Source of the DNA: Myxococcota bacterium
Lineage (GTDB): Bacteria > Myxococcota_A > SURF-8
Length of the DNA stretch: 64,000 bases
Reading direction: 5' to 3'
Assembly (NCBI GenBank): GCA_965140415.1
Contig: OZ223209.1
Span: 3,712,001 to 3,776,000 of the forward strand
The notes under the pieces are model-generated. The model worked only from the letters and a program-made list of their open reading frames with translations. It made no database searches and was not told the DNA's origin. Position 1 is the first letter of the stretch. Each line of letters begins with the position of its first letter. Positions 61,419 through 64,000 of this stretch are shown in pieces. Position numbers and translations under genes: made by a program.

Positions 61419-62088
61419 GTACCTCCTCAAATAGGAATTCCCGATCCTCTCCATGATGCGCCCATCTATGGCAGTTTGGACATAATGCAACGGCATTTTC
61501 AACCGTGTCCTCCCCACCATTTGAAAGCCATACGATGTGGTGAACCTCAAGGAAAGGTTTGCCGGATGTATCAGTGAACGGCGCAGGTCGACCACACAAT
61601 CCGCAAATGCCATTGGCCTGGTCCAACACCCATGCCACGACTTGAGGGTCTCGCTGATATGCGGCCCCTGAAGTCGTGCTCTTTTCGGGTTGCCGGTTCC
61701 CCTGAGGCTTACTTTTCAAGCCTCTTGCCTGAACCCGCCTTACCCGTTCTTTAAGTAATTCATGGTCAGAAGTTGGCAAGTGATCGTCGGGTGACAGAAG
61801 CCCCGATGATTCCGCAGCCGCTATAGCACTTCCCCTCAAAGCCTGTTGCAAATTTGGACGAGGCTTATAACCTTGGATCCATGGCAATCCGGCCTCTTTT
61901 AAGACGGCACTGATATTCATGAACTTGAATTCGACCGAGCCTTTCGACCGCTTTGATAAGATACCATCACGTAAGTTCCGGTTGATGTCCGCTTTCTTGT
62001 ACTTGCTTCCATCCAGTTCCATGCGGAGCATTTCGAAATAGGCGGCTACAACCGCATCAACTTCTTTATATGACCATGGTTCAGGCAT
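61402..62088 (-). CDS. HNH endonuclease (McrA-like C-terminal HNH)
   Basis: YQRDPQV..WVL..ANGICGLC...APF....PFLEVHHI.WL..GGEDTVENAVALCPNCHR..H. Confidence 0.9.
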   Translation of the reverse strand: MPEPWSYKEVDAVVAAYFEMLRMELDGSKYKKADINRNLRDGILSKRSKGSVEFKFMNISAVLKEAGLPWIQGYKPRPNLQQALRGSAIAAAESSGLLSPDDHLPTSDHELLKERVRRVQARGLKSKPQGNRQPEKSTTSGAAYQRDPQVVAWVLDQANGICGLCGRPAPFTDTSGKPFLEVHHIVWLSNGGEDTVENAVALCPNCHRWAHHGEDREFLFEEVHASVK

Positions 62089-62167
62089 ATTCAGTTCCTG
62101 GTCGGCAATGAATTCCGTTGTTCGATTCCAGGGTTGTATGCTACCGTAACAGCATCATAATTCGCAA

Positions 62168-62905
62168 GTGAAGAGTGTTGGAATGAAACCACAAAAGTTT
62201 ATCCCACAAATCCTTCTAGTGATTGTGGTTTTCGCTTTCCTCCTGTCTTATGCCCACGCCGACGAACCCTCCACCCCTCTATGCACCGTCGTAAAGGTCA
62301 TCGACGGCGACACCCTCGTCGCCCAGTGTCCCGGCAAGAATTCCGAAAAAGTCCGGCTAATCGGCGTAGATACACCCGAAACCAAGCATCCATCCAAACC
62401 AGTCCAGTTCTATGGCCGTGAGGCATCGGCTTTCACAAAGCGCATGGCCGATGGTAAGCGAGTACGGCTGGAATTCGATCAGGCGTTCGCCGCAAAAGGC
62501 CACAGGGGCGTTTACGGACGGCTCCTGGCTTACGTCTATATCAAACAGTCGGACGGCACATGGTTCGATTTGAATGCTGAGCTAATCCGCCAGGGATACG
62601 CCCATGCCTATACTAGGTTTCCGTTCAACCGGATAGATGAGTTCCGTCAACTTGAAAGTGAAGCACGGAAAGCCAGTAGGGGCTTGTGGACTGAATCTGT
62701 TAAGCCGACAACTCCCGCCAGTAAGGTTAAACCTAACGGAAAGTGCCTGATCAAGGGCAACATCGGTAAAGGCGGGAAGAAGATATTCCATGTTCCTGGA
62801 GGCCGGTGGTACAAGCTAACCAAAATAGATGAAAGCCGTGGAGAACGGTGGTTTTGCACTGAAAAAGAGGCCGTCCAGGCGGGGTGGCGGAAGTCAAGTC
62901 AGTGA
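62168..62905 (+). CDS. Secreted thermonuclease (SNase) with a C-terminal IKGNI/Ada-like domain
   Basis: Signal peptide; VIDGDT, VRLIGVDTPE, YGRLLAYVY, N.ELIR.GYA, A....RGLW; CLIKGNI..KIFH.PG..Y......E.WFCTE.EA..AGWR. Confidence 0.9.
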   Translation: MKSVGMKPQKFIPQILLVIVVFAFLLSYAHADEPSTPLCTVVKVIDGDTLVAQCPGKNSEKVRLIGVDTPETKHPSKPVQFYGREASAFTKRMADGKRVRLEFDQAFAAKGHRGVYGRLLAYVYIKQSDGTWFDLNAELIRQGYAHAYTRFPFNRIDEFRQLESEARKASRGLWTESVKPTTPASKVKPNGKCLIKGNIGKGGKKIFHVPGGRWYKLTKIDESRGERWFCTEKEAVQAGWRKSSQ

Positions 62906-63067
62906 ATACTAGGGATACGCCTTTTTGTAGGGGCTTGATCCGGAATATTTCCCATACATTGCGGTGCAGATACGGGAGCATTCTTGGATAGAAATATCGG
63001 TATACAAGCAATTTAATTTGTAAATTTCAAATCAATAATATTGAAATGATACAATTCACTTGTTACG

Positions 63068-63547
63068 GTGAGATTTTATAACACTTCACAACATCAACAT
63101 TGGGACAGTAGAGAAAGTAGGTACAAGTTGGGAAATATTGCCAAAGAACTTAGAGAATTAGCAATCAAATCACGCCAGTCAGTTGCAATCCAAAAAGAAG
63201 TGCAGAGAGGGTATGAGTACCGAAAGCGACTAAAAGAAGAAGAAGCCAGGAAAACACGAGATAGGGAGTTAGTTGATAAATTCGAGCAAATGATTATTAG
63301 AAAGGCAAAATCCACTGCACAAAAGGCGAAAAAATGTTTTTGGATTACTTATTCTGATTTTTCAGAATTGGACGAGTTCTGCACTTACAAGAAACATTGG
63401 TTCTATGATCATAGAAAATCGTATTCTTTTTCTTTTCTAGGACATCAAGTTGCAAAAAGATTAAAAAAACAAGGATTCAAAATAAAACTTAAGGCATCAG
63501 TTGATGTTGATTACAACTATACCCCAACGATGCGGATAAAATTTTAA
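63068..63547 (+). CDS. Hypothetical basic protein (AT-rich)
   Basis: 159-codon ORF in AT-rich DNA with no recognisable family; start uncertain. Confidence 0.55.
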   Translation: MRFYNTSQHQHWDSRESRYKLGNIAKELRELAIKSRQSVAIQKEVQRGYEYRKRLKEEEARKTRDRELVDKFEQMIIRKAKSTAQKAKKCFWITYSDFSELDEFCTYKKHWFYDHRKSYSFSFLGHQVAKRLKKQGFKIKLKASVDVDYNYTPTMRIKF

Positions 63548-63848
63548 ATCATCGTGACGCCTGAATATTGAATCTGGTCATCAAATTATTAGCTTGCCAA
63601 TATCGTACAGATTTAAGGTATTCCTACATTTTGATATTCCCCTCTTTTAGTGGATACTCGGCTATCCTGTCAAGGATGCCCATTCTCCGACCGTAAACAG
63701 CCTTTCGGTCGCTCTTTTCTAATGTTGCCAGTCTCGGTCAAAGAATGCGATACAGGGCAAATTCTGAGCCATAGAGCCTGAGTAGGTTAGCCGAATCCCC
63801 TCTACGGAGTCATGGGGGCATTTCCTGGATGTACGGGGATGCCTGTAC

Positions 63849-64000
63849 AGCTTCATCCCCACGGGTGTGGGGAATACGAATCCTGTTGAAACTGTGGGAC
63901 AAATTGAACCGGTTCATCCCCACGGGTGTGGGGAATACCTGATACGCGGCGAATTCAACCACAGGTCGTTGCGGTTCATCCCCACGGGTGTGGGGAATAC
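63849..64000 (-). CRISPR. CRISPR array, type I-E-like 29-bp repeat, trailer end, truncated by the window edge
   Basis: CGGTTCATCCCCACGGGTGTGGGGAATAC at 63910-63938 and 63972-64000, degenerate copy AGCTTCATCCCC... at 63849-63877; spacers of 32 and 33 bp. The reverse strand ends ATGAACCG like the I-E crRNA 5' handle. Confidence 0.95.

Larger units (their letters stand above)
59680..64000. mobile_element. Left part of a genomic island/prophage-like element inserted in comM
   Basis: Starts where comM homology ends; visibly AT-richer segments; cargo of nucleases and a CRISPR array. No integrase within the window. Confidence 0.7.

Noticed and set aside
61419-61613. N-terminal extension of the 589-aa ORF 59844-61613
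   Set aside because: Overlaps the HNH gene; a strong SD supports the ATG at 61418 instead.
63789-63825. Possible fourth, highly decayed CRISPR repeat (ATCCCC...ACGG...TGGGGG) about one period upstream
   Set aside because: Requires several indels and mismatches, so it is not included in the array; it cannot be excluded.
1-64000. tRNA, rRNA, cas, transposase or integrase genes
   Set aside because: None recognised by eye; tRNAscan-SE, Infernal and HMM searches would be needed to exclude them formally.

Overview
Bacterial chromosomal window. The gene content (Ser/Thr kinase with PEGA domains, Cys-rich and Asp-Gly-Asp-repeat lipoproteins, a complete Hdr-Flx electron-bifurcation operon) suggests an anaerobic deltaproteobacterium of Myxococcota/Desulfobacterota type; this taxonomy is inference. 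Positions 1-59,000 are mostly core and metabolic genes: uup-like ABC-F, deaD, ThDP enzyme, two POT/MFS transporters, a two-component system, hdr-flx, a REC-HisKA-REC-HD-GYP fusion, a TetR/MMPL/LolA-like operon, a sulfatase/phosphodiesterase/APS-kinase-like cluster, tatD-tcdA, a trmO fusion and GH92. At about 59,680 the comM/yifB gene breaks off right after its Walker A motif and a compositionally mosaic island begins. It carries a double-LPP20 protein, an McrA-like HNH nuclease, a thermonuclease, an orphan ORF and the trailer end of a type I-E-like CRISPR array that runs off the window edge. No cas or integrase genes are visible in the window. Non-coding signals include three dispersed copies of a ~100-bp element with terminal inverted repeats, a ~170-nt rod-like hairpin and a GTAG REP doublet. 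All annotations come from motif recognition by eye; no searches were run.
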